Shown here: piece after piece, positions 12,601 to 25,620 of the stretch | Layout: each line of letters begins with the position of its first letter | Numbering within the stretch: the first letter of the stretch is position 1 | NCBI RefSeq assembly: GCF_006345805.1 | Contig: NC_043004.1 | Location: forward strand, 42,098,001-42,162,000 | Direction of reading: 5' to 3' | Length of the DNA: 64,000 bases | Source: Octopus sinensis | Taxonomy: Eukaryota | The notes under the pieces: generated by a model | Database searches by the model: none | What the model saw: the letters and a program-made list of their open reading frames with translations, nothing else | What the model was told of the DNA's origin: nothing | Translations under genes and position numbers: made by a program

Positions 12601-13616
12601 TGGGCATACAGCTGGTTTCAATTGCCCTAGCAGATGCGTAAATAATTTCATTTAACTCAGTAAAATCAGGTTTTAATTCTTGTATTATTTCATTTGTTGC
12701 ATAGTTGCCAATTTTTATTTTTTTTTATTTTGGTGTGTATTTGAGAGTTTATGAAGTGGTTCTCTATCATTCATACTTGTATGTCTTACAACTTAAAGCG
12801 TATTCAGGATTTTCTGCCTCATTTCTGCCATAGACTCGTGTTCTTCAGCAAATGCGAGATCTTCAGTTACTGTTGTTTTATCATTTTTCTGGCTATCTTT
12901 AACAGGCTCAATAGAATTTCTTGTATCTCCAGGCCTTTGCGTGCTTTGGTCAGATGGCAGTCTCTCAATTAAGCCTCGTGGCGGGCTATTCTATTCATCT
13001 GATTCTTCATTTCCTTTGTGTCGTATATTTATGTCATTTTCCGTTGCGTGCTTGATCGCGCTTATTTCACTGTCTGTGAGTTTGTTATTTCTAAGGATAT
13101 CCCTCCTCACATTTGCCAATTTGTTCTCGTCCAAATAGGATCTACTGTCTTGATTCAGTGTTCTCCATATACTGTAAGAATTTGCAGTGTGTCTCTCTTG
13201 AGATGGCCTACCTAATGCATAGTAATAAGCGTATGTTACTTCTTTATACTCTTCTCGGTTCCATTTCTTCCGCTTACATTTTTCTTTCTGTGGTGGTTTT
13301 GGTGGTGAACTTGGAGGGCTCGAGTTGGGGAATTTTCCGTTCAAGTGACCATCCATGTCCGTATTCGGAGAAGAGTTTGTGCCAGTTGATGACTTTTCGA
13401 TCCCAGGATGGCTCTTCCCTGGGGGACGCACTTCCAGATTAACCATAGGACAAGCGATTTGGTATACTGATTTAGTTTTCCTTTTAGCTTCCAAAAACAT
13501 TTTAGTGCTACGATAATGTTATCATTTTTGAACTCTGAGTGGCTCGCGGGGAGACAGCCATCATTGACGTTACGATTATAATCGTATAATTATAGCAGCC
13601 GTAGCCGGCCTGTAGT
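9692..13616 (-). mobile_element. Near full-length but disrupted R4/Dong-clade non-LTR retrotransposon (single ORF: N-terminal domain, RT, CCHC, RLE)
   Basis: N-terminal KWNREEYKEV...KLANVRRDI; RT motifs NWKSPGKD, NYRPIACL, AWIDYKKAF, ISHLFYMDDLKLY (11363-11401); CCHC CRFCNDMIEIVDHLISGC plus RHDRV; RLE KPDIVV...DMSIP...KYKDL. ORF ends at 9864. TAA repeats at both ends. Multiple stops and frameshifts. Confidence 0.9.
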
Positions 13617-13924
13617 CAGTGTATTATTATTATTATTTAGAGGAAGGAGAAGGCAACAGTGTATTATTATTATTATTTAGAGGAAGGAGAGGGCAGTTTG
13701 GCAATAGATAGGCAGGATGGCAGTCATACAGTTAGATATCGTTAGTCTATAAATAGACTCAATAGGAGTAGGCGAGGGGTGAAAGAGTGATTGTACCCAT
13801 GTGGTCCAGCAAAGGAGCGGTCAGCAGAGGTCAAATATGTGTTTACTACCAACTCAACTCACCTTGTGCGTTTTAATTACCGATAGAAAGACAGAAATAA
13901 AATACACACACTCACACTCACATA

Positions 13925-14523
13925 TATATAATTTCTGTATATATAAATTGATTAAATTAGTTATCCGGTGGCTTTTAAGAGTGTTCTTGTAGAAAATTCT
14001 GGTTTTTTTCATATTTGGCCATATTTAATATATACAATGTATATATTAAAGATGATCGTTTGTGTGTGTTTAGCAATTTAAATTTTTTTTCCTTAAGATT
14101 GTAGATATTAAAGTTTTTAAAGATGATCATTTGTGTATTCGTCCAGAGAAAACTGAATATAATCAAGTTTTTAAGCCTGTAAATTGTTTAAGTAAAGATA
14201 GCCAGAGGCGTTTAAGAGTGTTCTTGCAGAGAAATTTTTTACATATTTGGCTATTCATAGTACAGTGTAGATATTGAAGTTTTTAAAGATGATCATTTGT
14301 GTGTTCACGGAAAGTTTTACTTTTCACACAATATTGTAGATATTAATGTTTTTAAAGATGATCGTTTGTGTGTCCGTCCAGAGAATACTGTACATAGTCA
14401 AGTTTTTAAAGTTATTTAGAATGAGATTTTAAATACTCACTTAGAATGAGATTTTAAATTCTCACAGAGGATTATAGATACTTCAGTTTTCAAAAAAATG
14501 TTTTTTGGTTGTAATAGAATGTC

Positions 14524-14562
<39 letters not shown>

Positions 14563-14900
14563 AAATCAAATTGCGATAAAATAAAAATAATTATAATCGC
14601 TGGTATTATATATATATAATTTCTATATATATAAATTGCTTAAGTTGGATAACCGGAGGCGTCTAAGAGTGTTCTTGCTGAGAAAAAAAGGGAGTTCACA
14701 TATTTAGCTAGTCAGAGAGAAAAGAAGAGTTTTGGGTATTCACAGGAAATTGTAGATATTAGAGTTTTTAAAGATGATTGTTTGTGTGTTCGTCCAGAGA
14801 AAATTGTAGATAATCAAGTTTTTAAAGCTAATTAGAATGAGATTTTAGTTACTCACGAAAATTTTAGATATTCCAGTTTTTAAAAGTTGTTTTTCAGTTG
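13925..14900. repeat. Degenerate minisatellite-like array (three ~300-bp blocks with internal ~65-bp subunits)
   Basis: GGCGTYTAAGAGTGTTCTTG-like motif at ~13970, ~14207 and ~14660. TAGATATTAAAGTTTTTAAAGATGATC-like motif occurs at least four times. Confidence 0.65.
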
Positions 14901-14923
14901 TCTTATTGTTATTATTATTATTA

Positions 14924-14978
<55 letters not shown>

Positions 14979-15079
14979 ATTATTCAGGCGGGAAACTGGC
15001 GGTGTCGTTAGTGCACTAGGCAAAATGCATTGCAGCAAAAGATAGATACAACCTTCTCAAGCACGAAATAGCCTGGTTA

Positions 15080-15345
15080 TAAAAAATGAAGAAGGTGAAG
15101 ATAATGCCAATTATTGTTGGGTCCTTGAGAACAGTATTAGAGGGCATCTCGAGGAATATAAATGAAATTGGAATAGAGTGCCCAGTTGAACTTTACAAAA
15201 GATATGCCTCCTTGACACGGTCAGAATAATCAGGATAGTATTAGATAGCTGAAAAGAACGAATAGCATGGTACCGTATTATGCAGGTAGTAAGCCCGCTA
15301 CGCATACAAGACTCCAGGAGCTCCAAAAAGACCTCTGATGAAGAG
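15080..15345 (+). mobile_element. 3'-terminal fragment of an R4/Dong-type element with (CAA)/(CTA)/(TAA) tail
   Basis: 15086-15252 translates approximately as MKKVKIMPIIVGSL...LQKICLLDTVRIIRIVLDS*, homologous to the C-termini VTIPVIVGAL...QKIVLTGTSHVLRRALSI of the elements above. Confidence 0.75.
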
Positions 15346-15454
15346 AAACAACAACAACAGCAACAACAACAACAACAACAAAAGCAACAACAACAACAAC
15401 AACAACTACTACTACTACTACTACAACAATAATAATATTCATGATAATAATAAT

Positions 15455-15767
15455 AACAAGAGCATTAAGAGAGCGCAAACCGCCAAGGCAACACCAACGT
15501 CCTCTCAATGATGAGCCGGAGATGATTTTTAAAAAGCGAATATCTGAAATAAACTCGACTGGTCTCACAAACGTTAAAACTAAAAATAAACCCGTCTACT
15601 CTAAAAAAATAAGTAAAAAAAAAACAAAAAAAAACAGTAAAATAATTCAGTTTCCTTATCCGGCACCGGATCGATCCCAACATTTAATCAGTTTGTGCCA
15701 GTTACGAGGCCAAACAAACAAACACAACTGAAAAACAATATCACCGTCTTCGCTAAGGCGGAGGTAA
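15455..15767 (+). mobile_element. Non-autonomous Helentron/HINE-like element (internally deleted)
   Basis: 5' subterminal motif CGCAAACCGCCAAGG and 3' hairpin TCACCGTCTTCGCTAAGGCGGAGGT. Inserted in a (TAA)n context. Classification rests on structure only. Confidence 0.45.
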
Positions 15768-15784
15768 TAATAATAATAATAATA

Positions 15785-15840
<56 letters not shown>

Positions 15841-15841
<1 letters not shown>

Positions 15842-16060
15842 GACAAATGTCTGAAGGAGATTGAAATAGAAAGCCTGTTAGAGCTTCCAAAGAAAAGTTG
15901 CCTCTTAGGGACAACAAGGATTATCAGGAGTCTTCTAAGCACTTGAAAGACCGTCGAAAACGTGTGGATACCTGAGATTACATGTAGTAACTGCTACCCA
16001 CAAATATCCTACCAGGAATAAAACCAAACCTGAGCTTTGTTTCTATAAGACCAAACAATA
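15841..16060 (+). mobile_element. Second 3'-terminal R4/Dong fragment between (TAA)n tracts
   Basis: Translates ...EIEIESLLELPKKSCLLGTTRIIRSLLST*, followed by a short 3' UTR and a TAA tail. Confidence 0.7.
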
Positions 16061-16339
16061 ATAAATGATAATAATAATAATAATAATAAAGGATGATAAT
16101 TATAATAAATAATAAAATTACTATCATTATTATCATCAATTTGATTCAGAATTATCTGGGTAGCGGATTACTGCGAGCTGATAGAATCGTTAGCACAACG
16201 GACATGCTTGGCGGTATTTCTCCACGGTAACCGCAGTGTATTGGCCTTTAGCTGAAATATGTGAGAAATTAGAAATATTAGTTATTATATGTAACTAACC
16301 TAAATTGTGATTATACGTAAACACTCCTTAGCGCATTTT

Positions 16340-16472
<133 letters not shown>

Positions 16473-16485
16473 TATATATATATAT

Positions 16486-16888
16486 AGTGGCTGTGTTGTA
16501 GGTTTCTTGCTTACCAACAACATAGTTCCGGGTTCATTCCCACTGCGTGGCACCTTGGGCAGGTGTCTTCTACTATAGCCTTGTGAGTGAATTTGGTAGA
16601 TGGAAACTGAAAGAAGCCCGTCGTATATATGTATATATATATATATATATATATTATAATATATATATATATATGTATGTATATGTTTGTATGTGTTTGT
16701 CCCCCCCCCCATCATCGCTTGAAAACCGATGGCGGTGTGTTTACGTCCCCGTGACTTAGCAGTTCGGCAAAAGAGTCCGACAGAATAAGTATTAGGCTTA
16801 CAAAGAGTAAGTCCTGGTGTCGATTTGCTCGATTAAAGGCGGTGCTCCTGCATGGCCACAGTCATATATGACTGAAACAAGTAAAAGA
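16486..16888 (+). mobile_element. SINE family A
   Basis: Homologous to 1988-2390. Confidence 0.85.
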
Positions 16889-16925
<37 letters not shown>

Positions 16926-17536
16926 ATATACTATTATATATATAATATACCTAAGTATTAACTTAGGCGACACATAAACAAACACACACATACACTCACA
17001 TATATACACACGTTACATATATAAGCATGTGTATATGCATGTAGTGGTACTTGTAAAATCAGGCTTAATACATTATATATACCCATTTATAGATATGGTT
17101 CTTGCATCTGCATGCGATGGAGGAACAAAATGCTGCCTTCACCCACTAGCCTGCCGCCATTTGTAAAATCTATTAGGATCTTCCGGAGCAACCGAAAAGG
17201 TGATAAAACACTAATGCTATCTCCCTGTATGTAAATTTGTTTATACTTGAAAGAGCTCTACTTTCAGGATTCAATAATTAAATCCATAAAGTAGATAGAA
17301 CTATATTTGTGACAAGAATAACTTCCGTTGAAATACACAAAATATATTTTTCATGTCGTATATTGAGCAATGCGTCACATAAAATACAAAATATACATAG
17401 CTCAGAGAAATAATATATCAATATACGAAAACGCTATAAATTCAATAAGTAGGTAACAGGTAAATGAACATATATTAAAATAATAGTATATATTCTGTAT
17501 TTCCTTTTCCTGATGTGTGTCCAAGTTCTAACATGT

Positions 17537-17700
17537 GGCTATGTTGTAAGAATATTGCTTCCCACACACATCTTTTCGGTTTCAGTCCCAATATATGGCA
17601 CATTGGGTAAAAAACTTCTGATACCACCCCGGACCGACCAAAGCCTTGCGAGTAGATCTGTTAGTCGGAAACTGAAAGAAGCGCGTCGTGTATATGTATG
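17537..17700 (+). mobile_element. SINE family A, diverged 5' half
   Basis: GACCGACCAAAGCCTTGCGAG...GGAAACTGAAAGAAG core, followed by (TATG)n. Confidence 0.7.
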
Positions 17701-17892
17701 TTTGCATGTATGTATGTATGTATGTATGTATGTATGTATGTATGTATGTATGTATGTATGCATGTATGTATGTATGTATGCATGTATGAATGTATGTATG
17801 CATGCATATATGTATGTATGTATGGATGTATGTATGTATGTATGTGACTCTCTGTCCGTTTGTCTGGCTATACATATATATGTGTGTGTGTT

Positions 17893-17938
<46 letters not shown>

Positions 17939-19118
17939 CGGTAAAAATTATATATAATTATAATAAAGGGTTATTTGCAGCAAGTTGATTAAACCACATA
18001 CCGAAAATATTAGAAATAGCAGCCAAATAGGTTACCATTACTATTACAACAAAAATAAGTATCCACAAACAACAGTATTTGAAAGTCGTATATGGTAAAA
18101 AGAAGGAAGACAACGAAATCACACAGTCTACTTTGGATCAATTATGGACGATCGTTTCTGGATTAGAATCGAAAATTCCTTTCCTTATCAACATAATATT
18201 TCCTATAATTCTAGAAATGCTAGGAAAAAACTCACCAATTACATTATTCGACCAGGCGACATCGAACGATATAACAGCCTGCCAGCATCTCCACATTTAT
18301 ATAGACAAGCGAATTCGTATCTCCCTCCAATATTTCACCACGTGAGTTACAAAAACAGTACCAGCGAAACGAAGTTTCGCAGATTCATTGTAAGTGAGTA
18401 ATAGCATGGCTACAGTTGAATGACTGAAATAAGTCCAAGACATATGGTTTAAGATAATTTAGTGGGTTTACCAAAACGTACGAGTATGTGTATTTGATAG
18501 TTGATACCTCAAAGTAGGTCGCCGCTTACCTACGAAAGAAATATCTTTATTTGCTTGATATCACCCTGAAACAGGGGAGCCAAATATACATAATCAATAT
18601 TTCATGCTATTTTATTTAAAGTATTTTAACTTTCGTGTTAATGATTCAGCCGGTTTGCCGCCTTATAGCATTATATATAATACCATCTCTCTAAGTACAA
18701 ATTCTATATGTTTAACACAGGTTATACTCAGAAGAATAATTAGTGTGTAAATATACAAGAATATTATTTTTGTCTAACAGTTTGGCACACACAGACCATC
18801 ACTCACATAGACAAAAACACGCAAGCACAGAAACATTATACATGTCACGCATAGAAACACTCACACACACACACACAAATATATATATATATATACATGT
18901 TCCATCTCAATCACATAATGGCCATCCTGTAATACTAATTTACCAATATTTGCAATATCAAGGTGCTCCGATATAACATTTGTAGGTAGATTTTAAGGTT
19001 ATCTTAAGGCATGTGCTCGTTTATGTATCCCTAATATCGACTATTCGTTAAGATTGCTGCTGGATGAATTTCAACCGAAAAACATTCTATTCAAGTGCAA
19101 CAAATTTTGGTCCATTAG

Positions 19119-19163
<45 letters not shown>

Positions 19164-19168
<5 letters not shown>

Positions 19169-19835
19169 TCGCCATACTAATATGGCATTCTTATAAAAAT
19201 AAGAATAAAGCTGTCCGCTTATTAGCTCCATGAGGCCATCGCCTTAAGTTAGCTATTTGATACACAAACTGTATCCATGTAACCTTCGAACAAGGGAGGT
19301 CAGTCGCTCCACACTACTTGACCGGCAGCTACAGACGCGTTTCGGGGTATTGCCCCTTTTCAATGCAGCGTAGCCAGACCAGTAGGTGTCGCTTCTGACA
19401 ATCTCTGTTCGAAGGTTTTATTTACCTAGCTTCGGTGGAATACATCCACTTGTTTTCAATAATAGAAATATTAAAATTACTAAGTCTCTCTAAAAGAGAA
19501 CAACGGCAGCGTTTCCGGAAAATAATAGTTATCGCCATACTAATATGGCATTCTTATAAAAATAAGAATAAAGCTGTCCGCTTATTAGCTCCATGAGGCC
19601 ATCGCCGGTCAAGTAGTGTGGAGCGACTGACCTCCCTTGTTCGAAGATTATATGGATACAGTTTGTGTATCGAATAGCTAACTTAAGGCGATGGCCTCAT
19701 GGAACTAATAAGCGGACAGCTTTATTCTTATTTTTATAAGAATGCCATATTAGTATGGCGATAACTATTATTTTCCGGAAACGCTGCCGTTGTTCTCTTT
19801 TAGAGAGACTTAGTAATTTTAATATTTCTATTATA
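19164..19835 (-). mobile_element. Penelope-like pLTR remnant: partial tandem plus inverted segment, between (TA)n tracts
   Basis: 19164-19243 is repeated at ~19526-19598. 19596-19835 is the reverse complement of 19164-19326 joined to 19460-19525. Contains a hammerhead on the minus strand. Confidence 0.75.
19329..19368 (-). ncRNA. Minimal type I hammerhead ribozyme with U3:A8 core variant
   Basis: Minus strand: CUGCA-UUGAAAA-GGGG CAAUA CCCC-GAAA-CGCG-UC-UGUAG. Stem I is 5 bp (one G-U), stem II is 4 bp, stem III is the palindrome ACGCGU, cleavage triplet GUC. Confidence 0.72.
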
Positions 19836-20026
19836 TATATATATATATATATATGTATTTCCTGAAAAACTTTTGCTTATTCTCTTGTACCCTACGAGCA
19901 TAGTGTGCCTGCATACCCATGCTCAGAGCTAACACAGGTAACTGATGCCGATAGAAATTACGGATATTTCATACCTTAGTCGGTTATTATAACTGCTACT
20001 TCTGCTTGCCTTTATATATATAGATG

Positions 20027-20094
<68 letters not shown>

Positions 20095-20186
20095 CGTAGG
20101 TTACAAAAATATAAAACACTTCATTATGTGAATATACGGGTTTATATATATAGATAGATAGATATGTAAATATATATATATATATA

Positions 20187-20231
<45 letters not shown>

Positions 20232-20439
20232 AAGCGTATATTGCAAAAAAAATAAAATGCTCCATTATGTGTATATACGGGTTTGCAGCTACAAAGTTTT
20301 TTGTAAACTAAAACGACTGTGTGAATATATGTAAATATATATATGTATATATTTCCTTGTAATTTTTTTCTTTGTAGTCATTCGAAAACAAAAGCATTAC
20401 TTGTCTCTTTTTTTGTTTAGGCTTCAGCGATCCTATATG

Positions 20440-20800
20440 GAATTGTCTTGAAAGGTTTATTTCAACAGATCAATCCCAGTACATTTTACTTTATTTTTCA
20501 TAGACGGCTACTTAATCTATAGTCTATTTCAACCGAAGTGCTATGCGATAGAGACGTAAAAAAGCAAGCCAATAAGAAATATAAACTCAGAGACACACAC
20601 ACACTCAAATACATACACATACACATATATATGGATATATACGAGAAGCGTCTTTGAGTATTCCTCTACCAAATCCACTCTCAACGTTTTTAGACGGCAT
20701 AAATTTATTTATAGTAGAAGACATTTGGTGAAGATTCTATGTAGTGGGACTATACCCAGAAACGTAGGATTGGGAAGTATACTTATCTCATACTCACACG
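20440..20800 (-). mobile_element. SINE family A, old diverged copy
   Basis: CTACCAAATCCACTC...TATAGTAGAAGACA and the 3' body are recognisable with many substitutions. Confidence 0.55.
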
Positions 20801-20807
20801 CATATAT

Positions 20808-20855
<48 letters not shown>

Positions 20856-21146
20856 CATACACACACACACACATACACACACACACACATATATATATAT
20901 ACATATATATATAAAGTTAATCCAAACATGAAAGCACAAAGAGAAAACACAACAACACGAGGACGTGGAACAAGTATAGTGTTATTGGATGCTCGGGAAA
21001 GAAGGAAAGAAGAGGGTAAAACGTTTCGAGCGGAGCTCTTCGTCAGAAACATAGGAAAAGGAAAGATTCAAAGAAGGGAAGATGGAGGAAAAAATAGCCA
21101 ACGGTACACACGCGGTCACACACACACACACACATACACACACACA

Positions 21147-21191
<45 letters not shown>

Positions 21192-21192
21192 G

Positions 21193-21233
<41 letters not shown>

Positions 21234-23050
21234 TATGTATATGTATGTATGTATGAATTAACTACTGAATAAACGTATATGTACTTATGATCATTGAAAT
21301 CTATGTCATTTCTATACATTCGGTATTAACAAAGACCTCAAGCAAATTCTTTTGAGTAGGAATTATTTTGATACCTATATCCCTATATACATATGTAGAT
21401 ACGGTCTCCCATTCAATTCAAATGAGGATCTAGATCCATAATCTTTCTCCCCTTTATATTTTGCTACTAAATCAGTCTCTATTTTCCTAACTCTATACAA
21501 TCAGTGATTTCTGTTTTGTACTTTCAACTATAACAAAAAATAAAACCAATATAATATTGTTTCGTTTTTGATCACTTAAAAATATACTCTAGTGTTATTG
21601 TGCTACGGGATAACTGGATATAATGTCAGCCCTTTCACATGATGCAGAAGAGGGATTTGAGCCGGTCAAATGCTCATGGATAATATTAAAGCACAAAAAT
21701 ACTTCATTTCACACACAATATATTTTCGTAAGTAGACCCTGGATTTCCTAGTAAAAGACATATCTGTCATCACTTCATATTTCCCCAGATATCACAAGCT
21801 TCATGTCTACATTACGATAAATGATTACTAATCTTTTCCAGCTAACAGTGTGATGCGTGTTAAAAGCCGGAGTGGTAGCTTAATACGTTGAAAACTGATC
21901 GCTCTGAGAACGATAAGACTGCAAATCTCTCAGATACATCAATCTCAATATAATCCCGGAGGAAAAATATGAGCAATCTGTTATCTAATAAATGCGTATC
22001 GCTTACGAAAGGTAAAAAAAATAACTACTTGCTATGACAGCGAATATATCTTCTTTGAATAAAAGCTGGGTCATGACATTTTACGATGATTTCACCTTAG
22101 AAATCGGGATCAGAAAGTTTTGATATAATACCCTGTGCAGAAAATGTCTTCAAACGTGAATTATATGACAGTAATAATATCAAGTACATAATTTTGGTAA
22201 TATACGTTTTAAATATCCCTGCCTAGGATTTGTAGAAATCTGTCAGCAAAATAAGCAACAGACAACTAATCTTAATTCATTTGTATGTTGATTTGTCTTA
22301 GTATAAATCTATTATTTCTCATGAAGTTCATAAATTTTTAGAATAAATTGATTATGATTTAACATAATATTGGCACTTACCTCATAGATTATGAAGGTAT
22401 TAAATCTTATGAAAGTAATTTGTAGTTTAAAGTATTTCGACAAAACAATACAGACAGATATTTTGTTTTGATAAATATATAATTAAATAAAATAATTCAG
22501 TTAAATGTGCTCGTGTCACAAAGTGATCGTACTTCTTCATGAATTTTCTCAAACGATAATCGAATGATCTTGTTTGCAATGAAAATATAATTTCAGTCCA
22601 CTGTGAAAAGTAAATGGTTTCTCCAGTGTCTTAATATGTCCGTGACCAGAAAAAAGGGATTCGTTTGACTAGTTCTTAATCTAATGAAATCTACATCAGA
22701 AAAGCCGTCACCCATTTCATGCCAAAGTAAATACTAGAAGTTTATAAATATTTCTAGTAAATGCAGAATAGTCAACGGTTTATCTGGTCACTATTATTTG
22801 TGGATACAACAGATTAATTCATAATGTATTTCTTCATATGTCAGCTTGAATTAAAGACTACAGTTTTGCTTTCACTTTCTTTCTCTCTCTCTCCCTCTCT
22901 CTCCCCTTGCTCTCTCTCTCTCTCACTATCTCTCTCTATATATATGTATATATTACGTGTGCGTGTGTGTGTATGTGTGTATGAGTGTATCGCAAAATGC
23001 CCATACATGTGTAGCATATAAAATAATATACACATATACATGTATATATA

Positions 23051-23265
23051 TTTCTTTATTACCTACAAAGGGCTAAACATAGAGGGGACAAACAAAGACT
23101 GACAAACGGATTAAGTCGATTACATCGACTCCAGTGCGTAACTGGTACTTAATTTATCGATCCCGAAAGGATGAAAGGCAAAGTCGAACTCAGAACGTAG
23201 CGACGGGCAAAATGCCGCGAAGCACTTCGCCCGGAGTGCTAACGTCTCTGCCAGCTCGCCACCTT
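23051..23265 (-). mobile_element. SINE family C
   Basis: Head GGTGGCGAGCTGGCAGAGACGTTAGCAC and core TTCTGAGTTCGAC/CCTTTCATCCTTTCGGG match the elements at 51117-51703. Confidence 0.75.
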
Positions 23266-23331
23266 ATATACACATATATATACACACACACAAACACACA
23301 CGTACATATATACATATTTACATGCATATAT

Positions 23332-23883
23332 AACGTTTGTGTTTGAAAGTAGTGGTTTTCTGATTGCAGTCCTCCCGTGAAATCCGGCTTTGTGCAGCTG
23401 CCCGCAAATAGTTTTTGTGGGCAGCTGGGTTCTCGAGGTGGTCATTAAACTCTACAGTAATTTTGTAAGCTGTACTTTTGTGATCCTTTCTAACAATACG
23501 GGTAAGCGTCCGACTCTCCCTATCTGAAAGTTTTGGTTTTCTTCTGGAGATTTGTTTCGACGAGGAGGTTTTTCTCTGTTTCTGAAAGGTAGTAAGTAAT
23601 TACTTTCAAAACAGTACTTTTTGATACAGCAAACATTTCGACTGCTTGCGTTACACTATCACCTGACATACGAGCAGTCCGACAGATCTGTCATTTTAAT
23701 GAATTTTAATTATCTTTTTCTGATGATATCTGAAAATAAACAGCAATTTTAGCAAAACATGTTATGCAACACTAATAACAAAACAAGAAACATAAAAATA
23801 AACAAGCTTATGACGGTTTTATAGATATTTCAAAATTAGGATGCTATGATGCTAGGTGTTTCCATCATTTTGTCCAACCCCTG
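23332..23883 (-). mobile_element. Truncated Tc1 DNA transposon (5' TIR plus transposase N-terminus, pseudogenised)
   Basis: TA|CAGGGGTTGGACAAAATGATGGAAACACC terminus at 23883. Translation gives ...KPKLSDRESRTLTRIVRKDHKST... and ...LHKAGFHGRTAIRKPLLS, typical of the Tc1 DNA-binding region. Confidence 0.85.
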
Positions 23884-24818
23884 TATATATACATACATAT
23901 ACATATATCTGATATATCATCTGATATTTACCCTTTGTTTCGGGAATGTGAAAGTTAAATCATCGAGTTCAGTCTAGTGTTCTAACCTTTGTAATTAGAT
24001 GTGCTTACTGGGTTTGCGAGCTTATTGGAGAATATTATTGTAAGATTCACAAAAGAACGTAGGATAGGTTATCCTAGAAAATTTTAAATTAACAGAGACT
24101 GTGTAAAGCTAAGATGAACCTAAGCGTATTACAGTCCCAATGCTTTCTTAGCTGGTTGGGACTTGATACCACGCATAACTATGAATGCCTCTGTCTATAA
24201 CTAAACTGATTCAAAGAAGTGAAACGAAGCGAAGATCAACATATTCCCGCTAACTCCTATTATCGTTACTATATATTGATATAACACATCATTACAAAGT
24301 GATTTTATGTGCAATATTTACTATATAAAATTATAACTGTGGCACCTTCAATTGACACAAATTGAGATAGCGGAAGTGTAACCATTTTAAGTTAGATAAA
24401 TGCAGCACTGAAGAATTAAACGTTTGTTGGCCTAAGTTTTCTTAAAACACATGGCAAAATTAAACTCCATGATCATCAATTCTGCTACTGTGTTATTCAG
24501 AATGTTTGCAAGTAAAATTAAGTGCAAAAATCCTTAGAATTTTCACTTCTAACTGCTCTACTCAGCATGCAATTACATTAATCATACGAACAAGATTTCT
24601 TTACATAGGAAAGAAAATAATAAAGTGTCATACTCTCAAGTACTCTCAAGTCCCGTAAAGAAACGTGGAGTTTAGCGTACCTTATCCAACATGGAGACGC
24701 ATTAACTACGCTTTTAATTTTCAGATTAAACTAAAATTTGCAATCTACAAAATACTTATCTCCGTCAATCTTTTTCTTTTTGCGCACACACACGCACACA
24801 AACACACACAGACACACA

Positions 24819-24857
<39 letters not shown>

Positions 24858-24881
24858 AAGAATATGCATCAATACATGTAT

Positions 24882-25049
24882 ATACACGACAGGCTTCTGT
24901 CAGTTTCCATTTACCAGATCCACTCACAAGGCTTTGGTCGGCCCGAGGCTAGAGTAGAAGACACTTGCCAAGGTGCCACGCAATGAGACTGAACCCGGAA
25001 CCATGTGGTTGGGAAGCAAGCTCCTCCCCAGACAGCCTTGCTTGCGACC
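24882..25049 (-). mobile_element. SINE family A, 5' half
   Basis: Reverse complement of the family A head. Confidence 0.8.
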
Positions 25050-25214
25050 ATATATATATATATATGTATGTGTGTATGTGTGTATGTGTGTGTGCGTGTG
25101 TGTGTGAGTTGCATTTATTATCCTTAAGAAGAAAACAAGTTTACTTCTTTGCTACTTTATGTTCAAATATTAAATGTCATTTAGATTGAGAGGGTAAAAA
25201 ATGCTGATGAAAGT

Positions 25215-25620
25215 TGATGATGATGACGACGACGATGATGATGATGACGACGACGACGACGACGATGATGATGATGATGATGATGATAATGATGATGACG
25301 ATGATGATGATGATGATGATGATGCAAAAGGAAGTTGCTAAAGGGTGAATAGAAATGTAAAATCAAGAAAAAGAAGTCAATTGAAACAATGAATAACATT
25401 AACGACAGAGAATGTAATCACAGAATCATTAATGACAAAGCGAAAGACATCTATGATTGCATCGGGGGAAAAAGGTGTCGACGAGGAGCAGGTCGATGAT
25501 GATGATGATGATGATGACGGCAATGATGACGACGACGACGATGATGATGATGAGGATGAGGATGATGATGGATGATGATGATTGATGATGATGATGATTG
25601 ATGATGTACGATGATGATGA
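25215..25620. repeat. (GAT)n/(GAC)n low-complexity tracts
   Basis: Direct inspection. Confidence 0.9.

Noticed and set aside
13500-13616. HDV-like ribozyme at the 5' end of the R4/Dong element (minus strand starts GGCCGGC like HDV P1, and there is a CTCCCCGCGAG loop)
   Set aside because: No downstream complement to GGCCGGC, and I could not build a consistent P1/P1.1/P2/P3 double pseudoknot by hand. A descriptor search (RNArobo/Infernal) would be needed.
18079-18401. Possible exon ending at a GTAAGT donor, or decayed RT (STLDQL..., RQANSYLPPIF)
   Set aside because: Resemblances are weak and in different frames. It cannot be assigned without BLASTX or RNA-seq.
21600-22800. Highly decayed LINE RT on the minus strand (PGSTYENI..., AFDR)
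   Set aside because: Only two short degenerate motifs. Insufficient without a profile search.
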